DNA from: a bacterium
GTDB lineage: Bacteria > Eisenbacteria > RBG-16-71-46
DNA: 64,000 nucleotides
Reading direction: 5' to 3'
Assembly: GCA_031408715.1 (NCBI GenBank)
Contig: JANNWR010000124.1
Location: 8,021-72,020, forward strand
Shown: in pieces, positions 1 through 10,283 of the stretch
Layout: every line of letters starts with the position of its first letter
Position numbering within the stretch: the first letter of the stretch is position 1
Notes under the pieces: model-generated
What the model saw: the letters and a program-made list of their open reading frames with translations, nothing else
What the model was told of the DNA's origin: nothing
Databases searched by the model: none
Made by a program: the position numbers and the translations under genes

Positions 1-739
1 TGAGGCCGATGTCCTCTTGGCCGGTGATCGCCACACCGAGGTCGCGTCCGAGCAGTTGGCGCAGGTCATGGTCGTCGAAGCCGCCCACGATGAGAGCGGC
101 CACACCCAGTTCACGGGCCCGCAGAACCGTGGCATACGAGACATGCCGGCCTCCCACCACGACAGCGCCCCGGTGCTCGGATCGCAGGTGCGAGGATTCG
201 AGAGCGTCTCCGGGCCCCGGGGTGACGACCACGAGCGGCCCGAACGTCTCGCCGCCGACGCCGAAGATCCCCTGCACCAGCGCGCCCCGGCTCTCGACCA
301 CCACCCCTTCGCCGGGTAGCACGTCGGCGACGACCCCGTGCAGATAGGCGGTGACTTCGACCGGGATCGGCGGCTCGCGCAACAGCAGTTGCCCGGTCAC
401 CGGCGAGACGCTCTCCAGCACGCCGTCCGCCGGAGATTCCGCCTGGTGCTTCATGAGCCCGAACATGGCCTTGGCCACCGCGATCACATCGCCCTTCTTC
501 ACCGCCGTGCCGATGGGAGTCACGAGCGTACCCACCACCTGCGCCGGGTCGACACCGAGACGCGAAGCCAGGTTCACCGTCTGGACGTTGCCCGGCAGTT
601 CGGCCCGGGCCACGATGCTGTCCGGCCCGACTGTTTCGCCCGCCACCACCAGCACGTCGCCGCGCAGCGGCAAGCGACGCTCGCGACGCACCACGGTATC
701 GTGCGTGACGCGCAACCCGGGGGTGTAGGAATGGCCCAC
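1..739 (-). CDS. Conserved hypothetical protein with a lipoyl/biotinyl-like hybrid-barrel segment. The 3' end is truncated by the window edge.
   Basis: I translated the minus strand manually from a GTG at 739, 2 nt after the stop of the upstream gene at 742. The frame stays open to position 1 and reads VGHSYTPGLRV...KKGDVIAVAKAMFGLMKHQAESPADGVL...GVAALIVGGFDD. Composition is protein-like and GC3 is high. This ORF is absent from the ORF track because it is truncated. Confidence 0.5.
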   Translation of the reverse strand, partial: MGHSYTPGLRVTHDTVVRRERRLPLRGDVLVVAGETVGPDSIVARAELPGNVQTVNLASRLGVDPAQVVGTLVTPIGTAVKKGDVIAVAKAMFGLMKHQAESPADGVLESVSPVTGQLLLREPPIPVEVTAYLHGVVADVLPGEGVVVESRGALVQGIFGVGGETFGPLVVVTPGPGDALESSHLRSEHRGAVVVGGRHVSYATVLRARELGVAALIVGGFDDHDLRQLLGRDLGVAITGQEDIGL

Positions 740-741
740 GC

Positions 742-2571
742 TCACATCTCCCGTGGGTACAGGCCGAGCGCCCGGTTCCAGTTGCGCAGCCGCGCGATAC
801 GCGTGGCCGGGTCCTCGGGCAGCACGAACGGCCGCCGGCCGCGCGTGTCCACCACGAGCCCGACGCAGCCTGCGCGGATCTCACCACTGACGGGCTTGCC
901 CTTACCCGCCCCCATGTCGAAGGCGCGCTCCGGCGTGACGGTGATCCGTGCGCGGCCCGAATCGGGCAAGGGCAGGCACAGGAGCTCGCCGAACGGCACC
1001 AGCCGCGTGAGCGGGGCAGCGCCCGCCACCGCGAGCTCGACGCTCACACACGCCTGGCCGTGCTTGGCCGAGCCGATCGGCGCGACGCAGGCGCCCAGCA
1101 TCACCAGGCAATCGCGCTCGAACACCTGAGTGGCGGCCTGCTCGTGCACGGTGGACAGCACGCCGAGCTGCGGCGTCATGAAGATGCTGTCGACCGCCAG
1201 TTCGGTGATGCCCTCGGGCAGGAACGCATCGATCATCATGAGCATCGACTGTGACCGCCGGGGCGCATGCGAAAGCACGCCGCCCGAGCCCACCAACAGC
1301 CCGAGATCCACCAGGTCGACGAGCGTCGAGCCCGAACCCGATTGGTCGAACGCATCGCTGATGTCGCGCGTGGTCTGCTTGCCCTTGAGACCCACCGCAA
1401 GCGCCTTGTGCTGTTCGAACGACAGCCGCAGCGCCTCGCGGCACAGGGCCTGCTCGATGATGAGGTCGTCGAGTGTCTGTGGGATGGTCGTGGGCCTGAT
1501 CATCTTGTTCTTGATGCGGTTCCGCAGTTCGACCTCGTCGACCGGGAACGGCACCCAGCGCAGGATGTTGGCGATCCCGGCCTCGGCCATCACGTTCGAG
1601 ATGGAGTAGCTCATACCGAGATTCGCCGAGACCGTGCGGTTGAACACCGTCTCGCCCTCGAGTTCGCCCCGGAACACCGAGAACACGTCCGTGGTCGCGC
1701 CGCCGATGTCGACCCCGACCACCGCCATCCCATCGCGCTTGGCGACTTTCTCGATGATGAGCCCCACCGCTCCCGGCGTCGGCATGATCGGCACCGGGGA
1801 CCAGGTCATGAGCTTCTTGTAACCGGGTGCGTGCGCCATGACGTGTTCCATGAACAGCTCGTGGATCGCGTCGCGCGCCGGCTTCAGGTGCTCACGCTCG
1901 AGCGTGGGGCGCAGGTTGGGAACCACGCTCAACGCGGTTCGTGACGCCAGCACGTCCGAGACGAGTGTGGCCGCGTCGCGGTTTCCCGCGTAGATCACCG
2001 GCAACTCGTAGCCGGCGCCCAAGCGCGCACGCGGATCGGCCGCGGCGATGATCTCGGCCATCTCGGTCACCCGCCGGACATCGCCACCATCCGTACCGCC
2101 CGAAAGCAGGATCATGTCCGGGCGCAACTGACGGAGCCGGCGGATCTTCTCGTGCGGCCGGCGGCCGTCGTTGAGCGCGATGACGTCCATGACGATCGCC
2201 CCGGCCCCCAGCGCCGCACGCTGAGCGCTCTCTCCGGTCATCTGCAGCACCAGTCCGGAGACCATCATCTGCAGCCCGCCACCCGCGCTGGACGTGCTCA
2301 GGTACAAGTCCACTCCGTCGTCCCCGTCCTGCGGGGACAGGATGCGGTCACCCTCGAGCAACTTGCGCCCCCGCAACTCCTCGACCTCACGCACCGCGTT
2401 CAGGACGCCACGCGTGACGTCCTCGAAAGGCGCCTCCACGGTGGTCGGGGCTTCCCCTCGGGTGACCAGGCGGTAGCCATCAGGCCCGCGTTCGATGAGC
2501 ACAGCCTTGGTGGTCGTCGACCCACAGTCGGTGGCAAGGATCGAGCGGATGGACTCGGGCGGTGGAATCAC
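742..2571 (-). CDS. GlmL/MutL-family (glutamate mutase L-like) ASKHA-fold ATPase, 609 aa
   Basis: N-terminus ILATDCGSTTTKAVLIE and internal VGVDIGGATTDVFSV are actin/HSP70-like phosphate-binding motifs typical of the GlmL family. Its start overlaps the stop of the upstream ORF by 4 nt (2568-2571). Confidence 0.7.
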   Translation of the reverse strand: MIPPPESIRSILATDCGSTTTKAVLIERGPDGYRLVTRGEAPTTVEAPFEDVTRGVLNAVREVEELRGRKLLEGDRILSPQDGDDGVDLYLSTSSAGGGLQMMVSGLVLQMTGESAQRAALGAGAIVMDVIALNDGRRPHEKIRRLRQLRPDMILLSGGTDGGDVRRVTEMAEIIAAADPRARLGAGYELPVIYAGNRDAATLVSDVLASRTALSVVPNLRPTLEREHLKPARDAIHELFMEHVMAHAPGYKKLMTWSPVPIMPTPGAVGLIIEKVAKRDGMAVVGVDIGGATTDVFSVFRGELEGETVFNRTVSANLGMSYSISNVMAEAGIANILRWVPFPVDEVELRNRIKNKMIRPTTIPQTLDDLIIEQALCREALRLSFEQHKALAVGLKGKQTTRDISDAFDQSGSGSTLVDLVDLGLLVGSGGVLSHAPRRSQSMLMMIDAFLPEGITELAVDSIFMTPQLGVLSTVHEQAATQVFERDCLVMLGACVAPIGSAKHGQACVSVELAVAGAAPLTRLVPFGELLCLPLPDSGRARITVTPERAFDMGAGKGKPVSGEIRAGCVGLVVDTRGRRPFVLPEDPATRIARLRNWNRALGLYPREM

Positions 2572-2891
2572 GGTCCCGGCCGCCGCCGAGCACGGACCTG
2601 GACTTCGCGCTCCTCTGCCGCCTGTTCGATCAGGCCGGTGAGCGTATCGAGGGCCTCACGCCGCTCGATGAGCTGCGCCAACCGGCGATAGTCGTCGAAG
2701 CGGAACAGCATCTGTGCGAAGGGCTCGAAGAATAACATCGTCTGACTCGCGATCAGGGACAAGGGCCGGGCCGTCTCGAGCGTGAGGATCGCGGGCGTTT
2801 CCATGCGCAACTCGGCCACGCGGACCGCCAGACGCACGAGCAGAGCATGGTCCTCAGGCGTGATCGCATCCCGAGGCGATTCAGCGCCCAT
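2568..2891 (-). CDS. Hypothetical protein, 107 aa
   Basis: Internal ATG of ORF 2568..3101 (MGAESPRDAITPEDH...). The longer N-terminal extension would overlap the upstream gene and is Arg/Cys-rich. With this start the overlap with the upstream stop is 11 nt. I recognise no family. Confidence 0.4.
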   Translation of the reverse strand: MGAESPRDAITPEDHALLVRLAVRVAELRMETPAILTLETARPLSLIASQTMLFFEPFAQMLFRFDDYRRLAQLIERREALDTLTGLIEQAAEEREVQVRARRRPGP

Positions 2892-3291
2892 GAAGCCGCC
2901 AACACTCACGGACCCGAGCGGCAAGCTCCGCGCGGCGTGGCCCCGGCATCGGCAGAACGAGCGCGCGCGCACCCTCCAGCGGGTGAGCTTGAGTGGAAGT
3001 CGACAACCGCACCCCCGCGGGGACCTCGTCGATGCGGCGAATGCCATCCCACGGACGATGCACCCAGCCGAGCACCCCGCGGCGGGCAGCCCCGCGCGCA
3101 TCGACTCGGCAATCGGCGCGTGCGAACGCCGCCCACAGCGGTGAGGCGGCGGCGGCTCCCAATCCCAGCGTGACGAGCCAGGGAAATCCGCTCGTCGCGA
3201 TGATCAACCACATCGCGAGCACCGCGAGCGCACCGACACTCGCGGCCACCGGGCGTTCGGTCCACGGATCGAATGTCCATTCCGCGCGCAT
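2881..3291 (-). CDS. Hypothetical small membrane protein, 136 aa: two predicted TM helices followed by a soluble, possibly bacterial-PH-like domain
   Basis: Internal ATG (MRAEWTFDPW...) of ORF 2881..3435, chosen because the longer form would overlap gcvH. Hydrophobic stretches are VGALAVLAMWLIIATSGFPWLVTLGLGAAAASPLWAAF. Confidence 0.4.
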   Translation of the reverse strand: MRAEWTFDPWTERPVAASVGALAVLAMWLIIATSGFPWLVTLGLGAAAASPLWAAFARADCRVDARGAARRGVLGWVHRPWDGIRRIDEVPAGVRLSTSTQAHPLEGARALVLPMPGPRRAELAARVRECWRLHGR

Positions 3292-3338
3292 CGGATCCGG
3301 AGAGGCGGCATCCGCGAGCGCGCCTCGCGGGACCGTGG

Positions 3339-3728
3339 TCACGCGTGCTGCTCTTCCACGAGCTTGGCGTAATCGGCGCTCGACAGCAGCGACTTGAACG
3401 AGCCTGGATCGGCGAGCTTGAGCTTCACCATCCATCCTTCCCCGTAAGGATCTGCGTTCACGACCGCCGGGTTGTCCCCGAGCGCGCCATTCACCTCGAT
3501 GACTTCACCCGCGAGCGGGGCATAGAGGTCGCTCACGGTCTTCACCGCCTCCACGACACCGAACGTCTTACCGGCGTCGAGCTTCCGGCCGATCTCGGGC
3601 AGCTCCACGAACACCACGTCGCCGAGCTGATCGGTGGCGTAGCCCGTGATACCGATCGTGACCACTCCACCCTGCTCGCGCGCCCACTCGTGCTCGCGCG
3701 TGTAACGGACGTCATCCGGAAATGTCAC
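3339..3728 (-). CDS. gcvH: Glycine cleavage system protein H
   Basis: 129 aa with the typical motif YTREHEWA and the lipoyl-lysine hairpin GVVEAVKTVSDLYAPLAGEV. Confidence 0.95.
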   Translation of the reverse strand: MTFPDDVRYTREHEWAREQGGVVTIGITGYATDQLGDVVFVELPEIGRKLDAGKTFGVVEAVKTVSDLYAPLAGEVIEVNGALGDNPAVVNADPYGEGWMVKLKLADPGSFKSLLSSADYAKLVEEQHA

Positions 3729-3743
3729 ATAGCCTCCGTACGG

Positions 3744-4853
3744 TCACGAAAGATGCGTGCCGCGGGTGTAGAACGGCCGTGCGGTCACCCGCGCGATCAG
3801 GGTCGTACTACCCGCCTCGATCTCGAGCGCCGTGCCAGTCGCTGCCAGCGCCGTCTCCACATAGCCCATCCCGAGCGGCCGCTCCAGGCTGGGGCTGAAT
3901 GTCCCACTCGCCACCGCTCCCACCACGCGGCCCTCGCTGCGAATCGCCATCCCGTGGCGTGGCACACGCCGGCCGTCGAGTTGGAAGCCGACGAGGCGCC
4001 GCTTCAGGCCATCGGCCTTCTGCTTCACCATGACGTCACGGCCATGGAAGTCACCCTTGGCCAGCTTCACCGTCCAGCCGAGTCCAGCCTCGAGCGGCGT
4101 CGTGACGTCGTCGATGTCGTTGCCATAGAGCATGTAGCCCATCTCGAGGCGGAGCGTGTCGCGTGCCCCCAGCCCGATGAGCTCGAGACCGTGCGGTGCC
4201 CCGGACGCGATGAGTCCTTCCCACACGGTCGCGGCGTACTTGGGGTCGAAGTAGAGTTCGAAGCCGTCCTCCCCTGTGTAACCGGTGCGCGACACCGTCG
4301 CGGGCACGCCGTACAACGACCCGGTCAGGAACCGGTAGTAGCCCAGATCGAGCGCGGCGTCCGGCACGTGCCCGCGCAGGATGTCCGCTGCCTTGGGGCC
4401 CTGCACCGCCAGCAGTGCCGTGGCCTCGGACCGGTCCGTGAGCGACACGCCAGCGGGCTTGTGCTCGGCGAGCCAAGCAAAATCCTTGCTCAGGTTCGCG
4501 GCGTTGACCACGACCATGTGGTGGTCTTCGTAGCGATAGACCAGCAGGTCGTCGACGATGCCCCCGTCCGGCCGGCACATCGGCGAGTACAGGGCTTGTC
4601 CCACGGCCAGCGCTCCAACGTGGTTCGTGACCATGCGATCGAGCCACTCCGCAGCGCCCGCACCGCGCACGTCGAACTCACCCATGTGGGTGATGTCGAA
4701 CAAACCAGCGGCGTTGCGAACGGCCATGTGCTCTCGCACATCACCGGTGTAGCGCACGGGCATCTCGAAGCCGGCGAAATCGACCAGCTTGGCTCCCGCC
4801 GCGTGGTGGTATTCGTAGAACGGCGTGCGTTTCAGGGCCGTCGTGGGTTCCAC
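3744..4853 (-). CDS. gcvT: Glycine cleavage system aminomethyltransferase T
   Basis: 369 aa. N-terminus LKRTPFYEYHHAAGAKLVDFAGFEMPVRY and the motif GYTGEDGFE are typical GcvT. GTG start is preceded by AGGAGGAG. Confidence 0.95.
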   Translation of the reverse strand: MEPTTALKRTPFYEYHHAAGAKLVDFAGFEMPVRYTGDVREHMAVRNAAGLFDITHMGEFDVRGAGAAEWLDRMVTNHVGALAVGQALYSPMCRPDGGIVDDLLVYRYEDHHMVVVNAANLSKDFAWLAEHKPAGVSLTDRSEATALLAVQGPKAADILRGHVPDAALDLGYYRFLTGSLYGVPATVSRTGYTGEDGFELYFDPKYAATVWEGLIASGAPHGLELIGLGARDTLRLEMGYMLYGNDIDDVTTPLEAGLGWTVKLAKGDFHGRDVMVKQKADGLKRRLVGFQLDGRRVPRHGMAIRSEGRVVGAVASGTFSPSLERPLGMGYVETALAATGTALEIEAGSTTLIARVTARPFYTRGTHLS

Positions 4854-4883
4854 GGGACTCCTCCTGAGTGTTCGAACATGGCG

Positions 4884-4912
4884 AAGTTAGCGGCCGTTCA
4901 CCGTGGAATCAA
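4884..4912 (-). promoter_or_regulatory. Sigma70-like promoter candidate for the gcvT operon (TTGATT-N17-TAACTT)
   Basis: On the minus strand, TTGATT lies at 4912-4907 and TAACTT at 4889-4884 with a 17-nt spacer. This sits about 30 nt upstream of the gcvT GTG. Motif match only. Confidence 0.4.
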
Positions 4913-4992
4913 GCCAGCAGCACCGGAAATAGCTGCCGGACCGTTCGGCACCCGAGGCCAGGGGGTGCGCGACGGAGTATGCGACACGTCCT

Positions 4993-6219
4993 TCATGAGT
5001 TCTCTGAGCTGACGGCGGACGGCTTCCCGATCACGCCCAGCTCGCGGCCAGCCTCGGCGAAAGCCGCCACCGCGCGGTCGATGTGCTCGAAGGTGTGCGC
5101 GGCGGACAACTGCACCCGGATGCGCGCCTTGCCCTTCGCGACCACCGGGTACGAGAAGCCGATGACGTAGATCCCCTTCTCGAGCAGCCGTGCGGCCAGC
5201 GCATGGGCGAGGCGCTCCTCGTAGAGCATGATGGGTACGATCGGGTGCACGCCGGGCTTGATGTCGAAGCCTGCCGCCGTCATACCGGCACGGAAGCGCT
5301 GGGTATTCGCCTCGAGCCGGTCGCGCAGTTCGGTCGTGCTCGACAGCAGGTCGAACACCGCGATGCCGGCGCCGACGACCGCGGGCGGCAGCGTGTTCGA
5401 GAACAGATAGGGACGCGAGCGCTGCCGCAAGAGCGCCACGATCTCCTTGCGCGCGGCCGTGAAGCCCCCGAGCGCACCGCCCAGCGACTTGCCCAACGTG
5501 CCGGTGATGATGTCGATGCGCCCGCGCACGCCGTGCAGTTCGGGGGTGCCGCGTCCGGTGCGTCCGATGAAGCCCGTGGCATGGCACTCGTCGATCATGA
5601 CCAGCGCGCGATGCGACTCGGCCAACTCGACGATGCTCTTCAAGTCCGCGATGCTGCCGTCCATGCTGAAGACACCGTCGGTCACCACCAGCTTCTGCGG
5701 ACAACCCGCCTCGTCCGCCTCGCGCAGGCAGCGCGCCAGGTCGGCCATGTCGTTGTTCTTGTAGCGCCAACGCTTGGCCTTGCACAACCGGATGCCGTCG
5801 ATGATCGAGGCGTGGTTGAGTTCGTCCGAGATGACGGCGTCCGCCTCACCCAACAACGGCTCGAACACACCGCCATTGGCGTCGAAGCAGGCTGCATAGA
5901 GGATGGCGTCCTCGGCCCCGACGAACTCGGCGATCTTCTTCTCGAGGGTGCGGTGGATGTCCTGCGTGCCGCAGATGAAACGCACGCTCGACATGCCGAA
6001 GCCGTGGGAGTCGAGTGCGCGGTGGGCCGCGGCGATGACCACCGGGTGGCTGGACAGTCCCAGGTAGTTGTTGGCGCAGAACACCAAGACCTTGCGGCCA
6101 TCCTCGAGCGTCACCTCGGGTCCCTGCGGTGAGGTGATGACACGCTCGCCCTTCCACAGGCCCGCGTCCTGGATCTTCTGCAGCTCGGCTTCCAGCACCG
6201 GCTTCATGGCATCGAACAT
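4993..6219 (-). CDS. kbl: 2-amino-3-ketobutyrate CoA ligase (glycine C-acetyltransferase)
   Basis: MFDAMKPVLEAELQKIQDAGLWK..., FCANNYLGL and the PLP-lysine region TGTLGKSLGG match Kbl. I chose the ATG at 6219 because it has a GGGAGA SD 7 nt upstream. The longer ORF to 6309 would overlap tdh. Confidence 0.9.
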   Translation of the reverse strand: MFDAMKPVLEAELQKIQDAGLWKGERVITSPQGPEVTLEDGRKVLVFCANNYLGLSSHPVVIAAAHRALDSHGFGMSSVRFICGTQDIHRTLEKKIAEFVGAEDAILYAACFDANGGVFEPLLGEADAVISDELNHASIIDGIRLCKAKRWRYKNNDMADLARCLREADEAGCPQKLVVTDGVFSMDGSIADLKSIVELAESHRALVMIDECHATGFIGRTGRGTPELHGVRGRIDIITGTLGKSLGGALGGFTAARKEIVALLRQRSRPYLFSNTLPPAVVGAGIAVFDLLSSTTELRDRLEANTQRFRAGMTAAGFDIKPGVHPIVPIMLYEERLAHALAARLLEKGIYVIGFSYPVVAKGKARIRVQLSAAHTFEHIDRAVAAFAEAGRELGVIGKPSAVSSENS

Positions 6220-6235
6220 GACGGGTCTCCCGGCG

Positions 6236-7339
6236 CTATGCCGTCTGGCCCCAGGGCACGAGCACGACCTTGCCCGCCTTGCCGTCGCGTAACAGCGCGA
6301 TGGCCTCATCGAACTTCTCCATCGGCATGACGTGCGTGATCGCCGGCTTGAGGTCGAGCCGGCCCGAGCCGAGGAGCTGGTCCATCTGGAACCAAGTGTC
6401 GTACATGCGGCGGCCGATGATGCCGTGCAGCGTGATGCCCTTGAAGATCACCAAACGGTTCCAGTCCAGCTCGAAGGGTTCGGTCGGCAGCCCGAGCATG
6501 CTCATGCGTCCGCCCATGCGCAGTGCTGCGAGCGAATCGCGCACTGCGGTGGGGTTCCCGCTCATCTCCAGCACGCCGTCGAGCATGCGGCCCCCGGTCA
6601 GCTCCTTGATGCGGTCGACCAGGTTCTCGCTCCTGACATCGATGGTGGCATCGGCCTTCATCGCGCGCGCCAGTTCGAGCCGGTAGGGCGAGACGTCGGA
6701 GGCGAACACCTGCCCCGCACCTGCGGCGCGCGCCACACCGATGGCGAACAGGCCGATCGGGCCGCAGCCGGTGACAAGGATGCTGGAACCCGATAGCGGG
6801 CCCGCAAATGCCGTGTGCACCGCGTTCCCACATGGCTCCATGACCGCGGCCACTTCGAGCGAGATGCCGGCCGGGATGCGCCAGCAGTTCACTGCCGGAA
6901 CCGCCACGAACTCGGCGAAGCCCCCATTCACGTCGACGCCCAGGATACGCGTGTTCTCGCACACGTGGCCATTGCCCGTGCGGCAGGCGATGCACGTCTG
7001 GCAGACGATGTGGCTCTCACACGAGACTTTCTCGCCCAGCATCAGATTCGTGACATTGGGGCCGAGCGCGATGATCTCCCCCACGAACTCGTGGCCGAGT
7101 GTGACAGGCGGCTTGATGCGGCCCTGCGACCAACGGTCCCAGCTCCAGATGTGCAGGTCGGTACCGCATACGCCCGCACGCAACACACGCAACAGGACTT
7201 CACCCGGGCCGGCGACCGGCACCGGGACGTCGCGGATCTCGGCGCCCTGTGCGGCGTCGACCTTGACGACCGCCTTCATGGTGTTCGTGCGCGTGGACGT
7301 TCGGCCGGGTTCTGCGGTCACTGCCGTGGTGGGTGTCAT
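6236..7339 (-). CDS. tdh: L-threonine 3-dehydrogenase, a zinc-dependent MDR
   Basis: MKAVVKVDAAQGAEIRDVPVP..GVCGTDLHIW and GHEFVGEI match Tdh. The ATG at 7339 forms an ATGA overlap with the uvrA stop. An alternative ATG at 7279 would give the canonical MKAVV N-terminus. Confidence 0.9.
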   Translation of the reverse strand: MTPTTAVTAEPGRTSTRTNTMKAVVKVDAAQGAEIRDVPVPVAGPGEVLLRVLRAGVCGTDLHIWSWDRWSQGRIKPPVTLGHEFVGEIIALGPNVTNLMLGEKVSCESHIVCQTCIACRTGNGHVCENTRILGVDVNGGFAEFVAVPAVNCWRIPAGISLEVAAVMEPCGNAVHTAFAGPLSGSSILVTGCGPIGLFAIGVARAAGAGQVFASDVSPYRLELARAMKADATIDVRSENLVDRIKELTGGRMLDGVLEMSGNPTAVRDSLAALRMGGRMSMLGLPTEPFELDWNRLVIFKGITLHGIIGRRMYDTWFQMDQLLGSGRLDLKPAITHVMPMEKFDEAIALLRDGKAGKVVLVPWGQTA

Positions 7340-10203
7340 GGTCTCAGTACCTGGCGCAAGGCCATTCCGGTGTGCGACCCCTTCGCGCGCGCCAACACCT
7401 CAGGGGTCCCGGCTGCCACGATCGAACCACCGTGGTCGCCGCCTTCAGGTCCCAGATCGATCAGCCAGTCCGCACATTTGATGACGTCGAGGTTGTGCTC
7501 GATCACCAACACCGTGTTGCCGCGCTCGACCAGCGCCTGCAACACCCCGAGCAGCACCCGGACATCCTCGAAATGCAATCCGGTGGTGGGTTCGTCGAGC
7601 ACGTACAGCGTGCGTCCCGTCGCCACCCGCGACAACTCGGTCGCGAGCTTCACCCGTTGCGCTTCCCCACCCGACAGGGTGGTGGCCGCCTGACCCAGAT
7701 GAATATAACCCAAGCCGACGTCGCGCAACGTCTCGAGCTTGCGCCGAAGCACCGGGACCGCACCCAGGAACTCCAGCCCCTCCTCGACCGTCATCTCGAG
7801 CACGTCGGCGATGGAGCGACCGCGGTAGAGCACCTCGAGCGTGTCGCGATTGTAGCGCCGACCGTGACAGGTGTCGCATTTCACGTAGACGTCGGGCAGG
7901 AAGTGCATCTCGATCCGGCGCGAACCGTCACCTTCGCACGCTTCACAGCGGCCACCCTTGACGTTGAACGAGAAGCGCCCAGGGCCGTAACCGCGCACCT
8001 TGGCCTCCGCCAGGTTCGCGAACAGGTCACGAATGAACGTGAATGCACCCGTGTACGTGGCCGGATTGGAACGGGGTGTGCGGCCGATGGGACTTTGGTC
8101 GATGGCCACGACCTTGTCGAGGGCTTCGATCCCGCGCATGGTCCGATGGGCACCGGGAGACGAAACTGAACCCGGGATCAGCTGACGCTCGAGTCCGGCG
8201 AGCAGGATGTCGTTCACGAGCGTGCTCTTGCCCGAGCCCGAGACGCCGGTGACACACGTGAACGTCCCGAGCGGGATCGTCGCGTCGACGTTCTTGAGGT
8301 TGTGCTCACTCGCACCCAGCACCTCGAGGTGCATGCCATTGCCCGGCCGGCGTGAGGCGGGCACGGCGATGCGCGCCTTGCCCGACAGATAGCGGCCGGT
8401 GAGGGAGCCGGGGTCCTGCTCGACCACCGCGGGCGGACCCGCGGCGACCACCCGGCCGCCATGCCGTCCGGCCCCGGGACCGAGATCCACTAGCCAGTCG
8501 GCGGCACGCATGGTGTCTTCATCATGTTCGACGACGATGACCGTGTTGCCCAGGTCGCGCAGCTTCATCAGGGTGGCGAGCAAGCGCTGGTTGTCGCGGT
8601 GATGCAATCCGATGCTCGGCTCATCGAGGATGTAGAGCACGCCGGTGAGTTGCGAGCCGATCTGCGTGGCGAGCCGGATGCGCTGGGCCTCCCCACCCGC
8701 AAGCGTGCCGGCCATGCGATCGAGCGACAGGTAGCCCAGTCCGACGTCGACCAGGAAACCGAGCCGCGAGCGGATCTCCTTCACGATCGGGGTGGCGATC
8801 ATGGCCTGTCCGCCGGTGTAGCGCAGCTTCTCGGCCGCCGCTCGTGCCGCGGACACCGACAGGGCACACCACTCGCCGACGTTGCGGCCGTCGACCTTCA
8901 CGGCCAGCGTCGCCGGCTTCAGGCGCATGCCCTTGCAGGCGGGGCACGCTGCCGGGTTCATGAGGGCACCGATATGGCGCCGGACGGCCTCGCTGGAGGT
9001 GCTGCGGTAACGCCGCTCGAGATCGGGGATGACACCCGACCACTTGGCCTGATGCGCGAACACCGAGCCCTTCTGCGTCTTGTACTCGAACTTCACTTTC
9101 TCGTCGCCCGCCCCATAGAGGATGAGCTGGCGTGTCTTGGCGGGCAGCTTCTTCCACGGCACGTCCAGCGGGACCTTGAACGCCTTGGACAAGCCCTTGA
9201 GCGTGCCGGCCGTCCACGTACCGTCGGCATCGCCCATCGAGTCGATGGCACCCTCGGCAATGGTCTTGGATGGATCCGGGACGACGCGCTCGGGAACGAT
9301 GCTCAGCAACGTCCCGAGTCCGTCGCAGCTGCTGCACGCGCCGTAGGGAGAGTTGAATGAAAAGTGCCGCGGTTCCAACTCGTCGACCGCGGTGCCGCAC
9401 TTGGGGCAGGTCGCGCCAACGCTCATGACCAGGTCGTCGGCCCCGTCGCGCGCGATGGTGATCAGCCCGCCGGACAGCCGGACACCGGCCTCGAGCGACT
9501 CCGTGAGCCGTCCGCGGTTGTCGGGCTCGACCTTCACACGGTCCACCACGACCTCGATGTCATGGCGCTTGTGCCGTGCCAGCTTCGGGGCGTCCTCGAG
9601 TTCGACCCAGTCGCCGTCGATCCGGGCGCGCAGGTAGCCCTGCCGGTGCCAACCCTCGAGCTCCTTGCGGTACTCGCCCTTGCGCCCGCGCACCACCGGC
9701 GCCAGCACGGCGATGCGTGCACCAGCGTACTGCTCGAGCAGTTGATCGGTCATCTCCTGCACGCTGCGCCGGGCCAGCGGCGTGCTGCAGTTCGGGCAAT
9801 GCCGGGCTCCGAGACGCGAGAACAACAGGCGCAGGTAGTCGTAGACCTCGGTGATCGTCGCCACGGTCGAACGCGGATTGGAGCCTGCTCCGCGCTGCTC
9901 GATGGCGATCGCCGGCGACAAGCCCTCGATCGAGTCGACGTCCGGCTTTTCCATCTGTCCCAGGAACTGCCGGGCGTATGCGGAGAGTGACTCGACGTAA
10001 CGGCGCTGACCCTCGGCGTACAGGGTGTCGAATGCCAGCGACGACTTGCCCGAGCCGGACACGCCCGTGAGGACGACCAGGCTCTGGCGCGGCAGCCGGA
10101 GCGAGATGTTCTGGAGATTGTGTTCGCGAGCGCCCCTCACGACGATGTCGGAGAGGGCGTGGGAGCGCGCGTCGGCCGGGGCGAGTGTCGTACGAGAAGT
10201 CAT
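7336..10203 (-). CDS. uvrA: Excinuclease ABC subunit A
   Basis: [48 protein letters not shown], two ABC modules and zinc-finger Cys pairs. I used the ATG at 10203. A GTG at 10227 is an alternative start. Confidence 0.95.
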   Translation of the reverse strand: MTSRTTLAPADARSHALSDIVVRGAREHNLQNISLRLPRQSLVVLTGVSGSGKSSLAFDTLYAEGQRRYVESLSAYARQFLGQMEKPDVDSIEGLSPAIAIEQRGAGSNPRSTVATITEVYDYLRLLFSRLGARHCPNCSTPLARRSVQEMTDQLLEQYAGARIAVLAPVVRGRKGEYRKELEGWHRQGYLRARIDGDWVELEDAPKLARHKRHDIEVVVDRVKVEPDNRGRLTESLEAGVRLSGGLITIARDGADDLVMSVGATCPKCGTAVDELEPRHFSFNSPYGACSSCDGLGTLLSIVPERVVPDPSKTIAEGAIDSMGDADGTWTAGTLKGLSKAFKVPLDVPWKKLPAKTRQLILYGAGDEKVKFEYKTQKGSVFAHQAKWSGVIPDLERRYRSTSSEAVRRHIGALMNPAACPACKGMRLKPATLAVKVDGRNVGEWCALSVSAARAAAEKLRYTGGQAMIATPIVKEIRSRLGFLVDVGLGYLSLDRMAGTLAGGEAQRIRLATQIGSQLTGVLYILDEPSIGLHHRDNQRLLATLMKLRDLGNTVIVVEHDEDTMRAADWLVDLGPGAGRHGGRVVAAGPPAVVEQDPGSLTGRYLSGKARIAVPASRRPGNGMHLEVLGASEHNLKNVDATIPLGTFTCVTGVSGSGKSTLVNDILLAGLERQLIPGSVSSPGAHRTMRGIEALDKVVAIDQSPIGRTPRSNPATYTGAFTFIRDLFANLAEAKVRGYGPGRFSFNVKGGRCEACEGDGSRRIEMHFLPDVYVKCDTCHGRRYNRDTLEVLYRGRSIADVLEMTVEEGLEFLGAVPVLRRKLETLRDVGLGYIHLGQAATTLSGGEAQRVKLATELSRVATGRTLYVLDEPTTGLHFEDVRVLLGVLQALVERGNTVLVIEHNLDVIKCADWLIDLGPEGGDHGGSIVAAGTPEVLARAKGSHTGMALRQVLRP

Positions 10204-10283
10204 GGGCGCGCGCACTCTAGCATGCACGCCCAGTCAGTGCACGTCCGTGCAGGGCGCTTCTCGCGTTGCGGGCGTTGCCCGAC

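Noticed and set aside
4854-4992. Possible glycine riboswitch upstream of gcvT.
   Set aside because: I read the minus-strand intergenic sequence. It lacks the conserved glycine-riboswitch cores (GGAGAG...CACCGAAGGGGCAA...CUCAGGCAAAAGGAC). A promoter-like TTGATT-N17-TAACTT leaves a leader of only about 30 nt, too short for the aptamer. An Rfam scan would be the decisive check.
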